Of a stretch of 64,000 nucleotides of DNA, positions 53,909-62,652 are shown piece after piece. Position 1 is the stretch's first letter, and the number at the start of each line of letters is the position of its first letter. The stretch is from an uncultured Elusimicrobia bacterium (lineage in GTDB: Bacteria; Elusimicrobiota; Elusimicrobia; 2-01-FULL-59-12), in contig OY969767.1 of NCBI GenBank assembly GCA_963702895.1, positions 1,856,001 to 1,920,000 on the forward strand, given 5' to 3'. Under the pieces are notes generated by a model that was given only the letters and a program-made list of their open reading frames with translations, had not been told where the DNA came from and did not search any database. A program made the translations under genes and the position numbers.

Positions 53909-54583
53909 GTGCGTCAGAGTCCACACAAAGTCCTTTCTGCTGGTTTGATCTTGTCTGCCTTCCTGCTTCTCACGCGGTCCGCGCATGGTGAGCGCCCCAT
54001 GCTCCAGCACGCGCCCGAGGTCCCACCGAACGTCGACTTTGTGCGCTCCTTCGATGTCGATCTTTGGGCCGAGAGGACCAATTACGGCCCAGGGGCCCAA
54101 AGCGGGCGAATGCGCTTGCGCTACCTGGACCCCGACGTCAACGCCCTGGTGGGGATGGTCGCCGGCGTGAATCACTTCAATGATGACGTGCTCATCGGAG
54201 AGGGTGAAACCATGAATAGGGCAGCTTACCTGGTGAACTGGGGTGCTGTGTTTGGCCTTGTGCGAGGCCGCCACCTCTGGGAGCTCGACGTGATGGGGGC
54301 GAACATGAGCTCAAGGCTGGGGTTTGCCGCGGCCTTGGTGGGCGAGCACCAGCTCGCCAAGCGCCTTCTCCTCTACCACCGGACGGAACTGAACATCTTC
54401 TCCAATGACACGATCTTAGATGCCGACCAAGGCTTTTATTGGATGTGGAGGCCTTCCTTGGGGCTCTCGCTGGGCTACCGGTGGTTCACGTCCATGCACT
54501 CCGACCGCAGCGGCCCGCACGTCGGCTTCCGGCTCTACTTCCAAAGCCCCAAAATTCCCTTTATCTTCCCGAGCCTGGGTTAG
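53909..54583 (+). CDS. Exported protein, probable small outer-membrane beta-barrel
   Basis: Signal-like N-terminus; alternating strands such as LGLSLGYRWF and GPHVGFRLYF. Confidence 0.6.
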   Translation: MRQSPHKVLSAGLILSAFLLLTRSAHGERPMLQHAPEVPPNVDFVRSFDVDLWAERTNYGPGAQSGRMRLRYLDPDVNALVGMVAGVNHFNDDVLIGEGETMNRAAYLVNWGAVFGLVRGRHLWELDVMGANMSSRLGFAAALVGEHQLAKRLLLYHRTELNIFSNDTILDADQGFYWMWRPSLGLSLGYRWFTSMHSDRSGPHVGFRLYFQSPKIPFIFPSLG

Positions 54584-55116
54584 TCCGAAATCCCATCCTG
54601 ACGCTGGCTGATCTCGAATTGGGCGAGAAGACGCGCGGCGTCATCCCCTTTGCGCTGGAGGTGAGCCTTATCAATTTGGACCATGTGGGCGGAGCCATGA
54701 ATCTGATCGATGAACTTGCCCAGAGCGCCCGAGTCGGATTCTGTCCAAAGCAGGAGCGTGGCGACCTGAGCGCTCCTGCCTTCGACGCGTTGAGGACGAA
54801 TGTCACTGATCTTGACACCGGTCTTCCGGGCCAAAGACGCCAGTTCCCGCAGAACACCGGTGGATCCCAACCTTTCGGCGTCCGACCGTTTTGAGGAAGT
54901 AGGAACATACCGCGCATATTCCGTTTTGACGCGTTCGCTCTCTGCCAACAGACGCTCATCTTCCGCGAGTTGGGCGCGGAGGGCCGCCACCGACGCGTCG
55001 AGCCGCGTCCACGCGGCGCGTACCGGAGACCAGACGCAGCGGTCTGCAACAGCGCCCCCGAAGGCCGCCAGGGTCAGAACGAAAATGACCCGTTCGCGCC
55101 GGCTAAGATCTCGCAT
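54580..55116 (-). CDS. GspM/PilO-like T2SS inner-membrane protein
   Basis: LSRRERVIF plus TM, coiled coil and ferredoxin-like C-terminus; last gene of the gsp operon. Confidence 0.75.
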   Translation of the reverse strand: MRDLSRRERVIFVLTLAAFGGAVADRCVWSPVRAAWTRLDASVAALRAQLAEDERLLAESERVKTEYARYVPTSSKRSDAERLGSTGVLRELASLARKTGVKISDIRPQRVEGRSAQVATLLLWTESDSGALGKFIDQIHGSAHMVQIDKAHLQRKGDDAARLLAQFEISQRQDGISD

Positions 55117-56605
55117 GATCCCCCCTTCCTGTCTGCCGCAATGGCTCAGACACCAGCCGGCCGGAGAGCGTAAAGCCCACCACATCCTGATTTTGAACGC
55201 GCTGGGCCTCCGAGGACCGCAGCTCGACTGAGGAAAAAATAGGTGACCTCTGGAGCGTTTCGACCAGCCGGAGCGCGTCCGCCAAAGACAGGCAGGTCCC
55301 CTGGATCAGGACCGATCTCCCCCGCTCGAAATCCAGGGCCTGGAGCGAAATGCCGGAGGGAACGATGTGTCGAAGTTCCGCCAGCACCAACACGAGCGAC
55401 CCCCCGGCATCCATCTTGCCTTTGGCCGCGTTGATCCGCCGTTCCATGCGGCGCAGTTCACGAATCTGGGGCGAGGGCGTCGCGATCCTTCGCGTCAATG
55501 TCTCGAGTTCGGCGCGCCGGGCGGAAAAGCGCTGCCCCAGCGCGGCGCTCAACAGGAGCCCGAACAGCACCGCGAAAACGAGCGTCCCCATCCGTTCCTG
55601 GAGGCGGCGTCGCCGCGTCCTGGCCGCCAGATCCTCCGGTGATAACAAATTCAGTGATGGAGGATCGGAAAAAAACGGCCGCAGGCTCGCCGCGAGGACC
55701 GACGCATAGGCCCCCGCCACCGAATACAGCCGTTCGTCCTGAAACGTCAAGCGCCGCCAGGGGCGCAGCGTCTTGATCAAGCATCCCGGGACTTTCCGCA
55801 GGGCTTCTTCCGATGCCGCAAGATCCTTTTCCTCACCCGAAAGCCCAACCACCTGCGGGCCGGCGGCTGGAGAGACCGCTGTCTGCCCCAAGGTGGTCCT
55901 CTGGAGTTCCAACCGTAGCGTCTCGGGCCAGCACGCGGGCGTTGTCCTCTGTCCTTTGGGAAGTGCAACGCAGCGCGTCAAGCCGAGCGACGATCCTTCA
56001 AACAGCCCGAAGACGGCTGACGATCCGCGGATCGCCAGGACCAGCGGTCGCCGGTCCTCCTCTAAACCCGCACGGATCCAAGGGAGCACCATCCAGGCAT
56101 CCAGCACGAAGCGGTCCGGCTTCAAACCGGCTTCTTCAAAAACGGCCAGCGTGCGGTCCACATCATCCCGGGGCGCGATCGCCATCATGACCCGGGAGTA
56201 GCCCGCGGGAGAACCCTCCACACGTTGCCAGGCGAGCGCCACGTTGTCCGAAGGCAAAGGCGTCTGTCTCGCGGCTTGCAGGCGGACGATGGCGTCGATC
56301 TGCTGGGTATCCACCGCCGGCAAGGTCATTGTTTTCACAATGGCCTGCAGGTGCGGAAACCCCAGAACAATATCCTCCGTGGCCAGTCCTTTCTGGATCC
56401 ACCCCGCTTGGAGCGCCCGCGCCCTCTCGGAAATTGTTCCGTGCGGCAGAGTCCATTCCACGAGCTTTTCCACAACCGTGCGCCCTTGTCGGTGCGCCGT
56501 CTGTGCCGCGCGAACCGTTTCGCCGTCCAGTTCGACACCCACCACGCGATAGCGCTGGCAGGCCAAACGGCCCAGCGAACTCCGCAGAAAGGATCCCCAG
56601 TCCAT
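55103..56605 (-). CDS. GspL / PilM-PilN fusion-like protein
   Basis: Actin-like N-terminus (VVGVELDG), LNLL motif, TM, PilN-like C-terminus. Confidence 0.8.
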   Translation of the reverse strand: MDWGSFLRSSLGRLACQRYRVVGVELDGETVRAAQTAHRQGRTVVEKLVEWTLPHGTISERARALQAGWIQKGLATEDIVLGFPHLQAIVKTMTLPAVDTQQIDAIVRLQAARQTPLPSDNVALAWQRVEGSPAGYSRVMMAIAPRDDVDRTLAVFEEAGLKPDRFVLDAWMVLPWIRAGLEEDRRPLVLAIRGSSAVFGLFEGSSLGLTRCVALPKGQRTTPACWPETLRLELQRTTLGQTAVSPAAGPQVVGLSGEEKDLAASEEALRKVPGCLIKTLRPWRRLTFQDERLYSVAGAYASVLAASLRPFFSDPPSLNLLSPEDLAARTRRRRLQERMGTLVFAVLFGLLLSAALGQRFSARRAELETLTRRIATPSPQIRELRRMERRINAAKGKMDAGGSLVLVLAELRHIVPSGISLQALDFERGRSVLIQGTCLSLADALRLVETLQRSPIFSSVELRSSEAQRVQNQDVVGFTLSGRLVSEPLRQTGRGDHARS

Positions 56606-57549
56606 CAATCCATCTCCCGCCAATACAAAATCCGCGCCGGTATCGACTGGGCCGACGCCACCACCTGAAACTGGCGCACGCTCCGGCTGTCTTTCAGGCG
56701 CGCTGTCAGATGAAGGCGCAAGGTCGACGATTGCACGCCCACCGGCTCGCTGCGCAGAACAGCCGCGAACTCACGGCTTTCCCGTTCGCTGAGATACAGA
56801 TGGTGCCGCAAGGCTTGAACCGCGCTGTCCAGGTCCTGGAAAACGCCATCGTCCTCCGTACCTTCCCGCCCGTCACGGCCCTGCCGGAAAATCAGGATTT
56901 TGCCGGCCAGGCCGACAGAGAGCCCCAACGCCTCCAGCACACGGCGGGAGGCCGTATTGAGATTGACGTTCCCGGGGCCGTAAGTCGTCAGATAAGCGGC
57001 CGCGTCCTCAAATCGTTCTGGCGTCATGCCTCTAACCAGCAACAGTTCCTCCACGCTTCGGAACGGCCCCCGGCGCGGCGCATAGCCGGCGCGGGCATAA
57101 CCGTCCGCCCCGACTCCAGAGGCGCGCCATTCCAGAATGGCCGGGACCACCTCGGCGTTGGATCCCAGCAGGCGGCGGAGCACCGCCTCGGAGGCGACAT
57201 TCAAATGGACCCGCGCGGATTCGTCGTCGGCGCCATAGAAACCCTCGTGGAGCGCGCTGAAGGAGCCTTCAGGGAGCGCGTGGTCTTTGAAAAATGCGGG
57301 GTCGTTGTTCCAGCGCTGAGAGCGTGCGGTGTAGACGACGCCGCACCGGCGCCACAGGGCGGCGGTCTCCTGCACGGCCCGCCGGGCTGTTTGCGCGAGC
57401 CGCAGTTCGTCCCAGGGATAGTGGCTCAAGCGGAGCTCGATCCGGACGCGGCTCGACAGGCTGACCGACAAGAGCGACAGCAGTGCCAAAATCCAGATTG
57501 AAAGGATCAGGACGGACCCGCGAATGTCGTTCCTCCTCAAAACACCCAT
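56605..57549 (-). CDS. gspK: T2SS minor pseudopilin GspK
   Basis: RG|SVLILSIWIL, DESARVHLN, FRSVEELLLVRGM, VNLNTAS. Confidence 0.9.
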   Translation of the reverse strand: MGVLRRNDIRGSVLILSIWILALLSLLSVSLSSRVRIELRLSHYPWDELRLAQTARRAVQETAALWRRCGVVYTARSQRWNNDPAFFKDHALPEGSFSALHEGFYGADDESARVHLNVASEAVLRRLLGSNAEVVPAILEWRASGVGADGYARAGYAPRRGPFRSVEELLLVRGMTPERFEDAAAYLTTYGPGNVNLNTASRRVLEALGLSVGLAGKILIFRQGRDGREGTEDDGVFQDLDSAVQALRHHLYLSERESREFAAVLRSEPVGVQSSTLRLHLTARLKDSRSVRQFQVVASAQSIPARILYWREMD

Positions 57550-58172
57550 GGCAGTTTGCTCCTCGAAGGCACACTTACCGTACGGATGAACGTCTCCGTC
57601 CCCCCGGCGTCATCCCGCAGCGTCAGGCGGACTCGGACGGCGGAAGGCATCGGCCCCGCCGGCGTTGATTTCCACTCCGGCCGCCACTCCAGGAGGGCTT
57701 GGGACGAAGCAAAGGCGTATTCCCACTCCAGGGTGGTGGCCCGCCGCGTCAGAGAGGTTTCAACCGCTTCCTCCGTCCCCTGCGGGGACAATCGTTGCTG
57801 GGATCTCTTCAAGACAAGTCCATGGCCTGAGGGTTCCAATCGATACATCACCTTCATAATCGCTTCCTCCGAATGCGAGCGCGCCGGCGTACGGCTCAGA
57901 CACTGGAAGACCGCAAAACTTGTTGTTCCTTCGAATGTGAACCATCCGACACCCGGGACGTCGATGGAACGGCGTACGTCGGCAGCAATGTGCTCCAGCG
58001 CCACCCGCGCTTCCTGGCGAAAGTCCGATCGTGCTTCCAGCCGGATCCAGAGCCCTGCGCCGCTCCGGAGCACGCCCGCCAGACTTACGGCGGTCAGGGC
58101 GGCCAAGGCTATCCCGATCGCCATCTCGATCAGGGTGAAGCCCGCGCCGCGACCCTTAGTACTGCCTTTCAT
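57537..58172 (-). CDS. gspJ: GspJ-like minor pseudopilin; nearest in-frame ATG lies in the MITE TIR
   Basis: G|FTLIE prepilin motif; position between gspI and gspK. Confidence 0.8.
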   Translation of the reverse strand: MKGSTKGRGAGFTLIEMAIGIALAALTAVSLAGVLRSGAGLWIRLEARSDFRQEARVALEHIAADVRRSIDVPGVGWFTFEGTTSFAVFQCLSRTPARSHSEEAIMKVMYRLEPSGHGLVLKRSQQRLSPQGTEEAVETSLTRRATTLEWEYAFASSQALLEWRPEWKSTPAGPMPSAVRVRLTLRDDAGGTETFIRTVSVPSRSKLPWVF

Positions 58173-58427
58173 AGGATCGCAGCGGGTTTGGACGCCGAGC
58201 TTGCGGCGGAGGCAAGGCGCGGCGAGCGAGGATACCCGCAGCGGTATCTGAGCGAGCCGCAACGAAGCATCCGCCAAAGATCGGCGTCCCCGACGGGCCG
58301 AAGCGCTTTGGGGCTGCGACGGCGTCATTCGTCGCTCACAGACCTTCCAGGTATGCTCGCTCCTCATTCCTTGTCTCGCTCCCAAATCGCTCCGGCAAAC
58401 CCGCGGCGATCCTATGAAAGTCAGTAC
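58159..58427. mobile_element. 269-bp MITE, 32-bp TIR (30/32 match), TTA target duplication
   Basis: tta-gtactgcctttcataggatcgcagcgggtttg ... caaacccgcggcgatcctatgaaagtcagtac-tta. Confidence 0.85.
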
Positions 58428-58802
58428 TTAGTGCCGCGTGTAGATCGATTGTTCGATCGTATGGCCATGTCGTCCTTCACCCCACGTCAAACTCACCCGG
58501 TGTTCTTGTCCCAGGTGCGGGTCACTGCCGAGCGTCGCGTCATTCCACGAGAGCCGTCCGAGACCTGAACCCGCCCCGAGATCGGCATTAAGCTGGCCCG
58601 TGTAGTCCATTTCCACCAGCTGGCTTTCCATCAACAAGGTCGCTTCCAATCTCGTTGCGCTTTCTTCATCGACTCTCAAGGAGGTCCGATAGGACCGCAG
58701 AACCGCCACCAGGCCCGTGATCAGGATCACCAGAGACAGCATGATTTCCATGAGGATGAATCCGGCGTTGCCGACCGCCGCCGCGGAGCTATGATTCCGC
58801 AT
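58428..58802 (-). CDS. gspI: GspI-like minor pseudopilin
   Basis: G|FILMEIM motif; operon position. Confidence 0.8.
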   Translation of the reverse strand: MRNHSSAAAVGNAGFILMEIMLSLVILITGLVAVLRSYRTSLRVDEESATRLEATLLMESQLVEMDYTGQLNADLGAGSGLGRLSWNDATLGSDPHLGQEHRVSLTWGEGRHGHTIEQSIYTRH

Positions 58803-59280
58803 GAAGAAGCCCCCTCCCGGTCACGGGGTCAACGGAAAGGATGACGCGGTGATCGCGTGTCCGCACCTGCAGGGAAGCGGGCGTCGCCGTCCCGTTGGGG
58901 TAAAACACAATCAGAGAACCGCCCTGGAATTGCGCGTCGCCGGGCAACCGGCGAACGGTCCCCCGGGACCCTGGAACTCTCTCGAACTCCGCCCCATCGA
59001 CACCGCTCTGACGCCGCACCAGCCAGAAGCGGTTATCCCCCGAAGCGATCCGCACCCCATACTCGACACGCTCCATCACGGCGCGACCACGGGCGACGTT
59101 CATGGCGTCGAGTACATCGCGCGCCGCCACCTCCTGAGTCCAGGCGCCAAATGACCTGCGAAACACAGGCAGGGAGAATCCCGCCATCATGAGAAACAAA
59201 CCAACAACGAACATCAGTTCGATCAGGGTGAACCCGTTTTCAGGATTTCCCGGCATCTTCCCAGTTGGTGATGTTGTCAT
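58789..59280 (-). CDS. gspH: GspH/FimT-like minor pseudopilin
   Basis: G|FTLIEL, ARGRAV, IVFYPNG. Confidence 0.85.
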   Translation of the reverse strand: MTTSPTGKMPGNPENGFTLIELMFVVGLFLMMAGFSLPVFRRSFGAWTQEVAARDVLDAMNVARGRAVMERVEYGVRIASGDNRFWLVRRQSGVDGAEFERVPGSRGTVRRLPGDAQFQGGSLIVFYPNGTATPASLQVRTRDHRVILSVDPVTGRGLLHAES

Positions 59281-59686
59281 GGCCTTCCTCAGACCCATCG
59301 GGCCCCAGAGAATAGAGATCGAAATCTTCCCGATTATGAACGCCGGGCGAGCGGTAGACGTAGGGGTTCCCCCATGGGTCTTTGATCGCGCCCCGCTTCT
59401 TCAGATACGGGCCCCGCCAGCGCTTGGCGGCCGGCGGCAGCGTGGGCGCTTCCAGGAGCGCCGCGATCCCTTGTTCCGTGGTGGGATAGGCGCCGTTGTC
59501 CACTTCGTAGAGATCCAGCGCGCTGGCGAGATTGGCCTGGATGTCCGCGGTCGCGGCGGCGATCTTGGCTTCCTTGGCCCGCCCCGTAAAGCGCGGCACC
59601 ACCATCGCGGCCAGCGTCGTGATGATCATGACCACCAGGAGCATCTCGACCAGGGTGAAACCGTATTCCTGCCTCTTGTCTTTCAT
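59240..59686 (-). CDS. gspG: T2SS major pseudopilin
   Basis: G|FTLVEML, YPTTEQGIAAL, WRGPYL, DPWGNPYVY, LYSLGPDG. Confidence 0.95.
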   Translation of the reverse strand: MKDKRQEYGFTLVEMLLVVMIITTLAAMVVPRFTGRAKEAKIAAATADIQANLASALDLYEVDNGAYPTTEQGIAALLEAPTLPPAAKRWRGPYLKKRGAIKDPWGNPYVYRSPGVHNREDFDLYSLGPDGSEEGHDNITNWEDAGKS

Positions 59687-59716
59687 AAGACCTCCCATCC
59701 CGATCCGCCTATGGCG

Positions 59717-60922
59717 TCATTTCACAAACGTTGAGATTTCGAAAATCGGCAGCAGCATCGCGACCACGATGACGCCGATCACCGATCCCACACCCAGAAT
59801 CATCACCGGCTCTAGAAGAGAGGTCGCCAGCTTCATCGCCCGGTCCGTTTCCCGCTCATAGGCAGCGGCGATCTTCTCCAGAGCCCTTTCCAGCGTGTTG
59901 GCTTCCTCGCCTATCGCGATCATTTGACACACCAAGGCGGGAAAAAGACCCGTGCGCTTCAAGCTTTCGGAAAGCGCGCTGCCTTGTTCCACCGCTTCGA
60001 GCGCCTGGCGCATCGGGCAGCGGAACCCCGGGTGATCCAGCACATGGGACACCACCTCGAGCGCCCGCAGAATCGGGACCCCGCCCTCTAGGAGCATGGA
60101 GAGCGTTCGCGCGAAACGAGCGATCATTCCCTTTTTCAAGACGGACCCCCAGAGCGGAGCGCGCAAGAGAGCGTGCGCGATCCACGCACGCACGCTCTGC
60201 GGCGCCTGGATGAGGGCCCATCCTGATGCTCCCAGACCCAGCGCCAGAGCGGCCGCGCCGGTCACCGATGTCAGACTCTGGCTCACGGCCTGGAGCGCGC
60301 GCGCGATCCAAGGCATCCCCTGCCCCGAGTCGAGAAACATCGATGTCAGACGCGGCACGACAAACACCATCAAAAACAGGACGCTCAGCCCCCCCACCGC
60401 CAGGATCAGGGCCGGATAGGCCAGCGCCGCCGCGAGGCGCGACCGGAACTCTTCCTCCTGTTCGAGAAACATCGCCAGGCGGCCAAGCGTCTGATTGAGC
60501 ACGCCTCCCACCTCCCCGGCATAGATCAAGTTCACGTACAGCGGCGAAAAGGACCGCGGGAATTTCTTCAGCGCTTCAGACAACGAGGACCCGCCGCGCA
60601 CCTGGTCTTGAAGGACATCGATCATCCGGGCGAGCGCGGGTCTTTCGGACTGTTCACGGGTGAGCTGGAGCGCGCGCAGCAGGGGGACGTTGGACTCCAA
60701 GAGGTCCGCCATCTGCCGGGTGAAGAACCCGAGATCCTTTTTGGTGATGGACGCCCGAAACGCCCAGGGGGAGCGTCCGGACTCCGCATATTCCCGCAGT
60801 TCGAGCGGAAAGTAGCCTCGCTGGGAGAGCTTCTCCAGCGCCTCGCCTCGGGTTTCCGCTTCAACCAGACCGGCCGTCGCTTCGTCCGGTCCTTTTTTCG
60901 CCTTGTATTGATAGGTCGCCAT
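59717..60922 (-). CDS. gspF: T2SS inner-membrane platform protein
   Basis: FTRQMADLL, AGEVGGVL, ALAYP, LLEPVMI. Confidence 0.93.
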   Translation of the reverse strand: MATYQYKAKKGPDEATAGLVEAETRGEALEKLSQRGYFPLELREYAESGRSPWAFRASITKKDLGFFTRQMADLLESNVPLLRALQLTREQSERPALARMIDVLQDQVRGGSSLSEALKKFPRSFSPLYVNLIYAGEVGGVLNQTLGRLAMFLEQEEEFRSRLAAALAYPALILAVGGLSVLFLMVFVVPRLTSMFLDSGQGMPWIARALQAVSQSLTSVTGAAALALGLGASGWALIQAPQSVRAWIAHALLRAPLWGSVLKKGMIARFARTLSMLLEGGVPILRALEVVSHVLDHPGFRCPMRQALEAVEQGSALSESLKRTGLFPALVCQMIAIGEEANTLERALEKIAAAYERETDRAMKLATSLLEPVMILGVGSVIGVIVVAMLLPIFEISTFVK

Positions 60923-60938
60923 GATCAGGGGCCTGGTC

Positions 60939-62612
60939 TCACGCGCCCTCCTGCAGGGTCGCGCGGATCACTTCTTCCAGCGTGGTGATTCCAAGCAGAA
61001 CTTTTTCCCACCCGCATTGCCGCAGGGTACGCATCCCTTCCGCCAGCGCCTGTTCACGGATGGCATGGGCGGGCGCGCGCGAACCGATCGCCGCTTGCAG
61101 GGCCGGCGTCACCGGCAGGATCTCATAGATCACGGTCCTTCCGCGAAAGCCGGTCTGTTTGCAGGCGTCACAACCCGCGCCTTCAAAAACCGTCACCGGT
61201 CCGCCGGGGTCCGGAAACCCGAATTCCTGCCGCCCTTGCGGCGGCAGGGGCCGCGGGCGCCTGCATTCCCGGCAGATCACGCGAACCAGCCGCTGACCAA
61301 TGACGCAAAGCACCGAGGTTGCGATCAGATAGGGTTCGACGCCGATATCCTCCAGCCGGGTGATTGCCCCGGAGGCGTCGTTGGTATGCAGCGTGCTGAA
61401 GACCAGGTGCCCCGTCAGCGCCACGCGGATGGCGACTTCCGCCGTTTCCGAATCGCGCACTTCGCCAACCATCATCACATCGGGATCATGGCGCAGCATC
61501 GCGCGCAGGCCCTGGGCGAAGCTCAGTCCGATCTTCGGCTGCACCTGGACCTGGGTGATGCCTTTCATCTGGTACTCGATCGGATCCTCCAGCGTGATGA
61601 TCTTCTTATCGGCCAGATTGATCTGTTTGAGAAACGCGTAAAGGGTGGTGGTCTTGCCGCTGCCGGTGGGGCCGGTCAGAAAGACAATCCCGTGCGGCTT
61701 CTGCAGATACGCCTGCACCCGGCACAAATCCTGGTCCGCGAATCCCAGATGCGGCAGGTCGAGGAACTGCCGGCTGGTCAAAAAGCGGATCCCGACGCTT
61801 TCGCCAAACGGGGTGGGCAGGGTGGATACGCGGAGGTCCATTTCCTGGCTTCCCACCCGGACCATGATGCGGCCGTCTTGGGGAAGGCGTTTTTCTGATA
61901 TGGAGAGATCGGCCATGATCTTGATGCGGGAAATGATCGAAGCCTGAAAGCGTTTCAGCGAATCCGAGATCTTGGCTTCGTAAAGAACTCCGTCAATCCG
62001 GTAGCGCACCCGGAGGTCATCGGCGTAAGGTTCGAGATGGATGTCCGTGGCGCGGCTCTGGAAGGCTTCCAGAAGCATCTGGTTGACGAACCGCGCCACG
62101 GAGGCTTCCTGGGCCGCTTCCAGATCGTTGCCGCCGCGAACCTCCGGCGCAGCCTGCGCGGCGCGGTCATCCGCCAGGCGTTCCAGGGTGTCGGCGCCGA
62201 TCCCGTAGAGCGCTTTCATGGCTTCCCCGATCTCCTGTTCCGTCGCCAGAACAACGCGCAGGTCCTTTTTCAAAACCACACGCAGTTCATCGAGCGTCTG
62301 CACGTCCATCGCGCAGCCCGCGGCCAGTTTCAAAGCGCCGTTGTCCCAGCCCATCGGGAGGCAGCGGTAATGCGCCGCTACCTTCGCGGGAACCTCTTGG
62401 GTCAGCGCGGGATCAAGCCGCATCCCCTGCAGCGAGACCCGCGGCAGATGCAGTTGGGCGGACAACAAATCGAGCAGCGCGTTCTCGGACAGCGCGCCGC
62501 GCTTCACCAGCAGGCGGCCCAGCGGCTGGCTGCTCCGCTCGTGATCCTGCAGGCATTCCTGCAGGATTTTGGCGTCCACGGCATCATGCTGCAGCAGCAG
62601 GGTGTCTAACAT
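60939..62612 (-). CDS. gspE: T2SS ATPase
   Basis: Walker A GPTGSGKTT, LRHDPDVMMVGEVRD, STLHTND, CxxC motifs. Confidence 0.95.
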   Translation of the reverse strand: MLDTLLLQHDAVDAKILQECLQDHERSSQPLGRLLVKRGALSENALLDLLSAQLHLPRVSLQGMRLDPALTQEVPAKVAAHYRCLPMGWDNGALKLAAGCAMDVQTLDELRVVLKKDLRVVLATEQEIGEAMKALYGIGADTLERLADDRAAQAAPEVRGGNDLEAAQEASVARFVNQMLLEAFQSRATDIHLEPYADDLRVRYRIDGVLYEAKISDSLKRFQASIISRIKIMADLSISEKRLPQDGRIMVRVGSQEMDLRVSTLPTPFGESVGIRFLTSRQFLDLPHLGFADQDLCRVQAYLQKPHGIVFLTGPTGSGKTTTLYAFLKQINLADKKIITLEDPIEYQMKGITQVQVQPKIGLSFAQGLRAMLRHDPDVMMVGEVRDSETAEVAIRVALTGHLVFSTLHTNDASGAITRLEDIGVEPYLIATSVLCVIGQRLVRVICRECRRPRPLPPQGRQEFGFPDPGGPVTVFEGAGCDACKQTGFRGRTVIYEILPVTPALQAAIGSRAPAHAIREQALAEGMRTLRQCGWEKVLLGITTLEEVIRATLQEGA

Positions 62613-62652
62613 GAAAACGATGCCTCTTCTGGCTCAATCCGGCATCCTGAGC

